Below, one piece after another: positions 1-8,336 of a stretch of DNA of 64,000 nt. The DNA is from an uncultured Acidobacteriota bacterium (lineage in GTDB: Bacteria > Acidobacteriota > Thermoanaerobaculia > Multivoradales > SZUA-115). The notes under the pieces are model-generated. The model was not told the DNA's origin, ran no database searches, and worked only from the letters and a program-made list of their open reading frames with translations. The DNA lies in contig CAWDVR010000002.1 of the NCBI GenBank assembly GCA_963805975.1, positions 608,001-672,000 on the forward strand, written 5' to 3'. The translations under genes and the position numbers were made by a program. Each line of letters starts with the position of its first letter. Position 1 is the stretch's first letter.

Positions 1-230
1 AGGCGGCTCTCGACCACGGCCGGGCGCAGCTCCGGTGCCAGGAAGGAGGCGAACCGCTCGCCGAGCGCCGTCTGCTGCACCACGCTCAGGCCCTGGAAGC
101 GATACGGCCCACCGGCGAAGTCGATCCGGATCTCGCAGGAGCCGAAGCTCTCTCCCGAGCGCCGCCGGGGCGCGAGGTCCGGCGCCACGAGAAACCGCTC
201 GCCGAAGCTCGAGCCGCTCCGGTCGCTCAC
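1..230 (-). CDS. Hypothetical protein, 5' part only (continues beyond the window start); possibly HPr-kinase-like
   Basis: GTG start overlaps the S24/S26 stop (GTGA at 227-230). The frame is open to the window edge: MSDRSGSSFGERFLVAPDL...IDFAGGPYRFQGLS. The product is guessed from context only. Confidence 0.5.
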   Translation of the reverse strand, partial: MSDRSGSSFGERFLVAPDLAPRRRSGESFGSCEIRIDFAGGPYRFQGLSVVQQTALGERFASFLAPELRPAVVESR

Positions 231-655
231 CGCCGCAGCCACCCTCGGGCCCGCGCCACGGTGAACGAAAGCAAACGGCGGCAGGCGTGCCGGCGGACGC
301 TCCACGGCACGGACGTGAGGCCCCGGGCCTGCCCTTCGACCGCCATGACGCGCCCGAGCACGGCGGAGAGCGGCACCGGGCTGTCCGGCTCGGGTGCGGC
401 GTCCCCCTGGGTGACGGCGAGAAGCCTTCCCCGCCAGGCGTAGAAGCCCAGCAGGCGATGCACCAGCCGGGTGCCTTCCGGTGACACCAGGGCCACCACG
501 TCGCCAGGCCAGTAGATCCGCCGGCGGACGATCGCCACCCGCTCGCCGTCCGCGAGCAGAGGGCGCATCGAGCCGCCGCGCACGCGGCACTCGAGCGGCG
601 CCTCGGCGGCCAGCTCGCCGAGCGCGGCGCTCACCTCGCGGGAGCCTGGAACCAT
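227..655 (-). CDS. S24/S26 family peptidase (signal peptidase I-like)
   Basis: V-R-G-G-S-M-R-P-L-L Ser motif, GDVV, and LVHRL (His in the Lys position). Confidence 0.8.
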   Translation of the reverse strand: MVPGSREVSAALGELAAEAPLECRVRGGSMRPLLADGERVAIVRRRIYWPGDVVALVSPEGTRLVHRLLGFYAWRGRLLAVTQGDAAPEPDSPVPLSAVLGRVMAVEGQARGLTSVPWSVRRHACRRLLSFTVARARGWLRR

Positions 656-692
656 GATCGCCGAGTATACGGCCGGGTGAGGGCTCCCTTCC

Positions 693-3155
693 CTACGTGC
701 TCACCAGCATCTTCACCAGGTTCGGCAGACCCGCGCCCTGCTGCGGCGGGTGGCGCCGCAGGTCGGTGCAGGAGCCGAGCAGGATCTCCTTGACGCGGTC
801 CGGATAGCCGATGAACTCACGACGCAGCGAGAGGAAGGCCGCGATCACCCCCGAGACGTGCGGCGCCGCCATGCTGGTGCCGCTCATCGCCACGTAGAGG
901 TCGTCTGCCGTGCCCTCGCTCCGCAGCCGATGGCGGCAGGAGAGGATGCGCTCGCCGGGGGCCACCACGTCCGGCTTCTGGCGGCCGTCCGCCGTGGGGC
1001 CGCGCGACGAGAAGTACGACACGCCGAAGGTGTGCGGGTTCTCCTTGTGGACCGAGCCCACGGCGATCGCCTCCTCGAGGTTCGCCGGGTCGCCGATCGA
1101 GAGCGCCATGTTGGCTTCGATCGACCCGCCTTCGGTGGCCAGTACCGCGAAGCCCTCGTTGCCGGCGGCCAGCACCACCACCACGCCCTGGCGCCACAGC
1201 CGGCGCAGCTCGCGGCAGAGCGGCGAGTGGCCGCAAGCGTAGACGCTCTGGTCGAAGCCGCCGCCGAGCGAGAGGTTGGCGCCCTGGATCACCAGCTGGC
1301 CGGCGCGCTCGTTGGTCTCGGCGATGTGGTCCAGGGCCTTGATGATCCAGGAGTCCTTGCCGTCGCCCTGGCGGTCGAGGACCTTGTAGACGTGGAGCTT
1401 GGCGAGCGGCGCCATGCCGAAGAACTGGCGCTCGCGGCCCGCGGGCTGGGCCGTGCCGGGCTTGGGAGGCTCCTCGACCGTGAGCTCGCCGGCGATGATG
1501 CCCCCCACGTGCGTGCCGTGGCCGTGCTCGTCCGGGGCCGTGCCGGCCTTGAGCTCTCCCGGCAGCGTGCAGTCGTACTGGGCGGCGATCGTGCCGTGGG
1601 TGGCGAAATGCGGGTGCTCGGCGTAGACGCCGGAGTCCAGCACCGCCCAGTGGATGCCCTCGCCGGTGGCCCGGTAGGCGATGTGCGCCGGCCGCGCCTG
1701 CACGGTGTTGACCGAGGCCTCGATCAGCGCCCGCTTGGCCGAGTTCTTCCAGATCCGGCGCACGGCGCAGCCGCTGCCGTCGCCCAGGGACCAGGCCAGG
1801 CGCTCGGTCTCGGTGCGGGTGAGCTCGGCGGCCACGAAGCGCTTCAGCGCCTCGATCTTGAGCCGCCCCTTCTCGGGACCGGCCATCTCCTCGAGCTTCG
1901 CCACCACTTCCTCGCGCTTCTTGTCGAGCTGGCGGTCGCCGGCGCCGGTGACCTCGGCGAGCTCGATCAGCACCTGGTGGCGGGACTCGAGGGCGCCGTC
2001 CTCGATCGCCCGCGCCACGTCCCGCGCGATGACGAAGCTCGCCACCGGCTGGAAGAGGGCGGTGTCGACCGCCTCGCGCACCATGGTGCGCACCGGCTTC
2101 ATCGACAGATAGCCGCTGCCCGAGTGGGGATGGCGGGGGCTGTCCGGGTTCCAGCCCGGATCGTCCGCGATCGCGACGCCGCCGGTGGGCTGGTACTCGC
2201 CCGCCAGCCGTTTCTTGAGCGCCACCGGGTCGAGCGGGTCCGCGACGTTGAGCCAGGCGCGCACGCACTCGGGCACCGCGAGCTTCTTCTGGCCGGTGAT
2301 CTTCTTGATCTGGTCCTGCACCTCCTGGATGCCGAGCGGCGAGCCGATGGTGACGAACAGGTCCACGTCGAGGTCCGCCTTCTTGAAGCGCGACAGCACG
2401 TCGTAGGCGATCATCGAGCCCTGGCTGTGGCCGATCACCACGAACGGCCCGCCGCCGGCCGCCAGGCGCTCGAGCACGCTGTCCTCCATCACCTTGCGGC
2501 GGTCGGCCTCGAAGAAGAAGTCGTTGACGTCGCGCAGGAAGGCGCGGGTGAGCTTCTTGGTGACCCACCTGCGCAGCACCGCCGGCACCGGGAGCAGCCG
2601 GGCCTCCACCGCGCGCACGCGGATCTCGGCCTCGGAGACCGCCGGCTGGTCGCTCTCGATCTCGTCCGCGATGGCGAGCAGCACGCGCTGCTCACTGGGC
2701 TTCGCCGTCAGCTCGGCGACCTCGCTCTCGATCGAGATCGCGTCGGCCGCCGCCTGCACCGACATGCCCTTTCCCGCCGGCTCCTCCTCCACCGCCGTCA
2801 AGTCGCCGGAGACGCAGGTGCCCGCCTCGGGCTCTGGGAACCGCTCGCGGTTCACCCAGTACGCGAGGCGGCTCCTCTCCCCCAGGTCGAAGCCGAAGAG
2901 GGCATGATCCCACTGGCACTTGAGCACCGACGCCACCGGCTTGTTGCCGATGCCGTGCACGTAAATAATCGTCTTCGCCCGCCCGGCGAGCGAGGTGGTG
3001 AGGGCGGAGAGGAGGGAATCGGAGGCAGCGGCGGTCGCGACCGTCCTCTTGGATGGCGTAGCGGGTACGGCCTTGGAGCGTGCAGGCGTTGCCTTGCGCT
3101 TCGAGGGAGAAGGTCGGGAGGGCTTGCGGGGTGAGCCGGATTGGGGCGTGGGCAT
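693..3155 (-). CDS. S8 subtilase fused to an N-terminal alpha/beta-hydrolase-like domain
   Basis: S8 triad motifs VLDSG, HGHGTHVGG and GTSMAAPHVSG, plus AAGN. The N-terminal domain has VHGIG, GHSQG, TIGSPLG and a late PH. No signal peptide. Confidence 0.9.
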   Translation of the reverse strand: MPTPQSGSPRKPSRPSPSKRKATPARSKAVPATPSKRTVATAAASDSLLSALTTSLAGRAKTIIYVHGIGNKPVASVLKCQWDHALFGFDLGERSRLAYWVNRERFPEPEAGTCVSGDLTAVEEEPAGKGMSVQAAADAISIESEVAELTAKPSEQRVLLAIADEIESDQPAVSEAEIRVRAVEARLLPVPAVLRRWVTKKLTRAFLRDVNDFFFEADRRKVMEDSVLERLAAGGGPFVVIGHSQGSMIAYDVLSRFKKADLDVDLFVTIGSPLGIQEVQDQIKKITGQKKLAVPECVRAWLNVADPLDPVALKKRLAGEYQPTGGVAIADDPGWNPDSPRHPHSGSGYLSMKPVRTMVREAVDTALFQPVASFVIARDVARAIEDGALESRHQVLIELAEVTGAGDRQLDKKREEVVAKLEEMAGPEKGRLKIEALKRFVAAELTRTETERLAWSLGDGSGCAVRRIWKNSAKRALIEASVNTVQARPAHIAYRATGEGIHWAVLDSGVYAEHPHFATHGTIAAQYDCTLPGELKAGTAPDEHGHGTHVGGIIAGELTVEEPPKPGTAQPAGRERQFFGMAPLAKLHVYKVLDRQGDGKDSWIIKALDHIAETNERAGQLVIQGANLSLGGGFDQSVYACGHSPLCRELRRLWRQGVVVVLAAGNEGFAVLATEGGSIEANMALSIGDPANLEEAIAVGSVHKENPHTFGVSYFSSRGPTADGRQKPDVVAPGERILSCRHRLRSEGTADDLYVAMSGTSMAAPHVSGVIAAFLSLRREFIGYPDRVKEILLGSCTDLRRHPPQQGAGLPNLVKMLVST

Positions 3156-3311
3156 GGCTGGGTCCTCTTGTCCGTAGGCGCCTTGGCGCGCTCGTCGTTA
3201 CCGAATCTCCTGAGCTTTGCCCAGAGGTGAATGACCCGCGCCGCGGCGGCGCTCGTATCAGCTCGAGACTTCTCTCAGGCACCTACCGCGACACAGAAAG
3301 GTGTACGAACG

Positions 3312-3776
3312 ATGTTACGACACAGACTCCTCCGAAACAGCCTCCTCTCCACCTTCTTCGCCCTCCTCTTCCCTCTGGCCGGGCAGGCTGTGGAGCCGAT
3401 CAACAAAACCTTCTTCGGCGGCTTGGCGATCGAAGGCTATGACGCGGTGGCGTACTTCACGGACGGCAAGGCGGTCGAGGGCAGCAAGGAGATCGCGCTC
3501 TCCTGGAAGGGAGCCACCTGGCGCTTTGCAACGGCCGCTCACCTCGACGCCTTCAAGGCGGCGCCGGAGCGGTTCGCGCCGCAGTACGGCGGCTACTGCG
3601 CCTACGCGGTGGCCAATGGCTCGACCGCCGGGATCGACCCCACGCAGTGGACGATTCACGACGGCAAGCTCTATCTGAACTATGACCGGAAGGTCCAGGC
3701 CACCTGGCTCGAGGACAAGGCCGGCTACATCGCCAAGGCGAACGAGAACTGGCCGAAGATTCTTGGCGCCGAATGA
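3312..3776 (+). CDS. YHS-domain (seleno)protein family, secreted
   Basis: Signal peptide; motifs GYDAVAYF, WRFA, PQYGGYCAYA and IHDGKLYLN. AAGGTG RBS before ATG 3312. Confidence 0.85.
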   Translation: MLRHRLLRNSLLSTFFALLFPLAGQAVEPINKTFFGGLAIEGYDAVAYFTDGKAVEGSKEIALSWKGATWRFATAAHLDAFKAAPERFAPQYGGYCAYAVANGSTAGIDPTQWTIHDGKLYLNYDRKVQATWLEDKAGYIAKANENWPKILGAE

Positions 3777-3823
3777 GCGGGAGGGCTTCGGTGTTACCCT
3801 CGGGGCCGCTCCTGGAGACTCTC

Positions 3824-5971
3824 ATGCGCCGACATACTTCACTGGTTCCTTCTCTGGTCCTCGCCTCGTTTTTCATCTCGGGAGCTGCCTCGGCGCAGCT
3901 CGTGCCGCTGGGCGCGGGCTTCCGTGTCAACGCCACCACCGCCGGCAACCAGGATCTCGCGAGCGTGGCGAGCTCGCCCGACGGCACGTTCGTGGTCGTC
4001 TGGCAGAGCGAAGGGGCTCCTGGCGACCCGTCGGTCCGCGCCCAGCGCTACGACCGCACCGGCCTGCCGCAGGGCGGCGAGATCGTGGTCAGCACCTCGC
4101 CGCCGGTCTTTCACCTCGCCACATTGCTGGCCAGAGCCACCGGCGCCGGCCGCCTGTCGCCCTCGTTCGCGGGCCCATTCTCTGCCCCACCTCAGGTGGC
4201 GGTCCACGCCGGCGGCGACTTCCTCGTGGTCTGGGCAGGCCCGGCGGGAGCGATCGACATCCGCGCCCGGCTGATCCGTCGCACGGGCACCCCGGCCGGC
4301 CCGGACTTCGTGGTCAATACCTCGAACTTGGGCGAAGAGTCGCTGCCGGTAGTGACGGCCGTGGCCAACGGCTTCGTCGTCGCCTGGACCGATCCCGCTT
4401 TCTCGAAGATCCACGGCCGGCTGCTCGACCGGAACGCCCAACCGGCCTCGGCCGAGCTGGACATCGCCGGCGCGGTGCCCGGCAAGCGGTTCGGGGCCGT
4501 GCTGGCGCCCGGCGCCCACGGCGGCTTCGTCGCCGCGTGGACGGGCGAGGGGGCCGGAGAGTCGGACCTCGGGACCTTCGCCCGCCTCTTCGACGCCCAG
4601 GGCAGCGCACTGGGCCCGGCCTTCCTGGTGAACACCACGGTCGAGGCCCCGCAGACGGCGTCGTCCGTGGCATCCGATGCCGCCGGCAACTTCCTGGTCA
4701 CCTTCGTGAGCGGCGACTCCACGCTCCCCCCGGCCGATCTCGACGCGCTGGCCCAGCGCTTCGCGAGCGACGGGCAGCGGGTCGGCGGCGAGCTCCGCGT
4801 CCACGCGGCACCGGCGGGCACCCAGTCCCACGGGCGCGCCGCCCTCGACGAGACCGGCGGCGCGGCCGTCGTGTGGCAGAGCGCCACCGGCTCGCCGGCG
4901 ACCAGCGGGCTTTTCGCGAAGCTCTACGCCAGCGCCGGCCCGGCGCTCACCAACGAGGTGCCGCTCGACCTGGCCGGGACCGACAGCCCGGCGCTCGCCG
5001 CGGACTTCGGCGGCGACTTCGTGGCCGTGGCCACCGGCACGGACGGCGCTTCGAGCACCGGCATCTTCGCCCGGCGCTTCACTCGCGCCTGCGAAGTGCG
5101 CGGCCACAACCTCTGCTTGCAGAACGGGCGCTTCAAGGTGGAGGCCGCCTGGCGCACCAACCCGACGGAGAACGGCCTCGGCTTCGCCCAGGCCTTGACC
5201 GCCGACACCGGCTACTTCTACTTCTTCAACCCCAACAACGTGGAGCTGGTGGTGAAGGTGCTCAACGGCTGCCCGGTCAACAACCGCTTCTGGGTGTTCG
5301 CCGGGGGCTTGACCAACGTCGAGGTCGACCTGATCGTCACCGACACCGAGACCGGCGCCATTCGCCGCTACGTCAACCCGGCGAACACTCCCTACCAGCC
5401 AATCCAGGACACCAGCGCTTTCGCCACCTGCGCCGCCCCGGTGACTGCGGATGCGTCCCCGGGCCTCGACGACGAAGCGGCCGCACCGCCCACGATGGAC
5501 GAGGCGGCGCGGCAGGAAGCGCGCCTCGAGCGGCGGGAGCTCCGGCGCCTGCTGACCCGGCTCGACGCGGCGGTCGAGAGCGCGCGCTCGGCCGAGCTCG
5601 TCTCCCGCGCCGCGGCCGGCGCCTGCACCCCGAGCGCCACCCGGCTCTGCCTGCGGAGCGGACGCTTCGCCATCACCGTGGACTGGACCCGGCCGGACGG
5701 CATCGCGGGCGACGGCAGGGGCATCCCGCTCACCTCCGACACCGGCTACTTCTGGTTCTTCAACCCCGCCAATGTCGAGATGCTGATCAAGGTGCTGAAC
5801 GGCTGCCCGGTCAACAACCGCTACTGGGTCTTCGCCGGCGGCCTGACCAACGTACGGGCCGAGATCACCGTCACCGACACCTCGACCGGCGCCCAGAAGA
5901 CCTACGTCAACCCGGTGCAGACACCCTTCCAGCCGATCCTGGACACGGGGGCCTTCGCGACCTGCCCGTAG
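3824..5971 (+). CDS. Secreted/surface protein with N-terminal repeats and two copies of a C-terminal Cys-containing domain
   Basis: Signal peptide; repeated 'FVVVW...ARLFD..G...G..F.VN' units; two ~105-aa repeats 'LCL..GRF.V...W...DTGYF.FFNP.NVE...KVLNGCPVNNR.WVFAGGLTNV...DT.AFATC'. Confidence 0.75.
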   Translation: MRRHTSLVPSLVLASFFISGAASAQLVPLGAGFRVNATTAGNQDLASVASSPDGTFVVVWQSEGAPGDPSVRAQRYDRTGLPQGGEIVVSTSPPVFHLATLLARATGAGRLSPSFAGPFSAPPQVAVHAGGDFLVVWAGPAGAIDIRARLIRRTGTPAGPDFVVNTSNLGEESLPVVTAVANGFVVAWTDPAFSKIHGRLLDRNAQPASAELDIAGAVPGKRFGAVLAPGAHGGFVAAWTGEGAGESDLGTFARLFDAQGSALGPAFLVNTTVEAPQTASSVASDAAGNFLVTFVSGDSTLPPADLDALAQRFASDGQRVGGELRVHAAPAGTQSHGRAALDETGGAAVVWQSATGSPATSGLFAKLYASAGPALTNEVPLDLAGTDSPALAADFGGDFVAVATGTDGASSTGIFARRFTRACEVRGHNLCLQNGRFKVEAAWRTNPTENGLGFAQALTADTGYFYFFNPNNVELVVKVLNGCPVNNRFWVFAGGLTNVEVDLIVTDTETGAIRRYVNPANTPYQPIQDTSAFATCAAPVTADASPGLDDEAAAPPTMDEAARQEARLERRELRRLLTRLDAAVESARSAELVSRAAAGACTPSATRLCLRSGRFAITVDWTRPDGIAGDGRGIPLTSDTGYFWFFNPANVEMLIKVLNGCPVNNRYWVFAGGLTNVRAEITVTDTSTGAQKTYVNPVQTPFQPILDTGAFATCP

Positions 5972-5974
5972 GGG

Positions 5975-7510
5975 CTAGGGAGCCAACGCCCCCGTCATGA
6001 ACCCCACCACGTCGTCCCGCAGCTTGCGGTGGTCGGCTTTGCGGATGTACATCATGTGGCCGGACTCGTAGAAGGCGATCGAGACGTTGCCGCGCAGGGG
6101 CTCGGGCAGGCTCAGGTGCTCGGTGGTGTAGATGGCGTCGAAATACGGTGTCGCGAAGTCGTAGTAGCCGCTCGCGACCAGCACTTTGAGCGAGGGGTTC
6201 CGGGTGATCGCTTCCCGGAGGTTCTCGGCCAGGTTGGGATAGCCCTGGCCATCGATCCACTTCCACGGCCGGACCTTGGAGCTGAGCGACTCGTAGGGCA
6301 GGTCGCTCTCGAATTGCAGCTCGCGTCGCAGGTAGTCGTTGAGGAGCGCCACGTAGCCCACCTTGGCGACTTCCATCGCGGGGTCGAAGTCCGGTTCCTC
6401 CCCCGCCGCGTCGTAGTCGTAGCCGGTGAAGCGGCTGTCCAGGCGGCCCACCGTCTTGCCCTCGGTGCGGAGCAGCTCCTTGAGGAACCGCTGGAGGTAG
6501 ATCCGCAGGTTGGTCTGCTCCACGTACTCGACCGACAAGCCGGTGTACCGCGCCACCCGCTCGGCGATGCGGCGGCGCTCGGCGGGCGGCAGGCTGTCGC
6601 CCGCGTGCAGGGCGAGGGCGTAGTCCGTGCGCGCGAAGCGCTCCACCTCTTCGAGCGTCTTCCGCAGGTCGCCCGAGAGCTCGGGCGGCAGCTTCTTGTG
6701 GTACCAGGCGGCCGCCGCGTAGCTCGGCAGGTGGATGATGTAGGGCACGTCGTTGCCGATCGCGAACTCCTGGTTCTGCCAGTTGAGAATCACCGAGAGC
6801 AGCATCAGGCCGTTCAGGTACATGCCGTGCCGGACCTGGAGATACGAGGCCAAGCCAGCGGCGCGGGTGGTGCCGTAGCTCTCCCCGGCGATGAACTTGG
6901 GCGAGGCCCAGCGCTGGTTGCGGGTGGCCCACAGGCGGATGAAATCGCCCACCGCCGCGACATCCTCTTCGACGCCGTGGAACTGCTTGGCATCGACGCC
7001 CGGCGCCGGCCGGGAGTAGCCGGTCGAGACCGGGTCGATGAACACCAGGTCGGTCGCCGGCAGCAGGGTGAACTCGTTGTCCACCAGCTTGCCCGGTGGG
7101 GGCAGCGAGTGGCCCTCGTCGCCCATCAGCACCTTCTTGGGGCCGAAGGCGCCCAGGTGGACCCACACCGCCGCCGCGCCGGGGCCGCCGTTGAAGCTGA
7201 AGGTCACGGGCCGCGTGCCCGCGTTCGCGACACCGTCGAGCGTATAGGCCACGAAGAACACCGAGGCCTGGGCCTTGCCTTCCTCGTCCCGCAGCACGTA
7301 GGTGCCGGCGGTGGCGGTGTAGGCGATCTTGTCGCGGCCGACCGTCATCGTGTGATGGGTCACGGAGGACTTCTCCTCCGGCTCCGACTGCTTCTCGTCG
7401 GCGCTCTTCTCCTTCTCGGCCGACTCTTCGGCACCCCAGGCCACGCCGGTGAAACAGGAAAAGATCAGGATCAGCGACAGGACGGCGAACCACGGGCGTC
7501 GGGCAGGCAT
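5975..7510 (-). CDS. Peptidase S10 serine carboxypeptidase
   Basis: Motifs FNGGPG, FIDPVSTGYS, GESYG, GYYD and GHMMY; signal peptide. Confidence 0.92.
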   Translation of the reverse strand: MPARRPWFAVLSLILIFSCFTGVAWGAEESAEKEKSADEKQSEPEEKSSVTHHTMTVGRDKIAYTATAGTYVLRDEEGKAQASVFFVAYTLDGVANAGTRPVTFSFNGGPGAAAVWVHLGAFGPKKVLMGDEGHSLPPPGKLVDNEFTLLPATDLVFIDPVSTGYSRPAPGVDAKQFHGVEEDVAAVGDFIRLWATRNQRWASPKFIAGESYGTTRAAGLASYLQVRHGMYLNGLMLLSVILNWQNQEFAIGNDVPYIIHLPSYAAAAWYHKKLPPELSGDLRKTLEEVERFARTDYALALHAGDSLPPAERRRIAERVARYTGLSVEYVEQTNLRIYLQRFLKELLRTEGKTVGRLDSRFTGYDYDAAGEEPDFDPAMEVAKVGYVALLNDYLRRELQFESDLPYESLSSKVRPWKWIDGQGYPNLAENLREAITRNPSLKVLVASGYYDFATPYFDAIYTTEHLSLPEPLRGNVSIAFYESGHMMYIRKADHRKLRDDVVGFMTGALAP

Positions 7511-7614
7511 CGATCGGCTCCTCGTCGGGCTGGGGTCGCTCCTACATACGTCGGCGGGCAGCCGAGAGTTCTGGCGGCCACCCGCGGTGCGGGTTGGACC
7601 GCCGCAGCCGCTCG

Positions 7615-7965
7615 TCAAGCCTTCCGCGGCTCGGACAGAAGCTCGCGAAGTCGTTGGAGGAGAGGTGGAAGGTCTTCTTGGATTGTCTGCCAGACGATCT
7701 CGAGGCTGATTCCGAAGTACTCGTGCACCAGGACATTGCGCATGTCGCGCATCTCGGACCAGGGGAGATCCGGCGCCGCGGCCACGAGCTCAGCGGAAAC
7801 CCCCTGGGCTGCCTCCCCGATCACGCTCAGGTTTCGGATCACCGCGTCGAAAGTGCGTTCATCGCGACAGAAGCTCTCGTAGTCCAGATTTGCCGTGTAG
7901 CGGCGAATCTTCTCGATCGCCTCGGCGATGTCCTCCAGCCGAAGCCTGGCGTCCCTAGGCGGCAC
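7615..7965 (-). CDS. hepT: HepT-like (DUF86) HEPN ribonuclease toxin
   Basis: IGEAA and RNVLVHEY (Rx4HxY); lies downstream of the MNT gene. Confidence 0.88.
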   Translation of the reverse strand: MPPRDARLRLEDIAEAIEKIRRYTANLDYESFCRDERTFDAVIRNLSVIGEAAQGVSAELVAAAPDLPWSEMRDMRNVLVHEYFGISLEIVWQTIQEDLPPLLQRLRELLSEPRKA

Positions 7966-8266
7966 GGACCAGCTCAGCCAAGACTCGGCTGCGAAGAGCG
8001 GGCTTCAGGGCATCCGGGGTCACCAGATCCACTCGGAAACCGAGCGCATCTTCGAGCAAACGCCGCAGGCGAAGAAACGCGAACAGTCCAATCGGCTTCT
8101 CGAACTCGACCATGAGATCGACATCACTCCCCGGACCGGCTTCGTCTCGGGCGACGGAGCCGAAGACTGCGAGGGACCTGACACCGAAGCCTCGCGCCAC
8201 CGCCTCGGCGGTCCGCAGCCGATCGAGGACCAGTGCCAAAGAGGGTCGAGCCGTGTGGGTGATCAT
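7955..8266 (-). CDS. mntA: Minimal nucleotidyltransferase antitoxin (MntA-like)
   Basis: FGSVARDEAGPGSDVDL (GSx10DxD) and VDLVT; overlaps hepT. Confidence 0.88.
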   Translation of the reverse strand: MITHTARPSLALVLDRLRTAEAVARGFGVRSLAVFGSVARDEAGPGSDVDLMVEFEKPIGLFAFLRLRRLLEDALGFRVDLVTPDALKPALRSRVLAELVRAA

Positions 8267-8336
8267 CAGCGCTCCAGACAGCCAGCGACTCTACCAGGAA
8301 GCATAGGAACGATCAGTTCCGAGCCTGTACTCTCCA

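Noticed and set aside
750-3134. Long antisense and alternative-frame ORFs (e.g. 750-3134+, 16194-19841-, 27220-31047+, 47914-51336+, 53255-56491-)
   Set aside because: These are shadows of real genes in high-GC DNA: Arg/Pro/Gly-rich, no motifs, and they overlap well-supported CDSs.
3312-3776. Selenocysteine recoding in the YHS protein
   Set aside because: The GGYC position is TGC (Cys) and there is no in-frame TGA.
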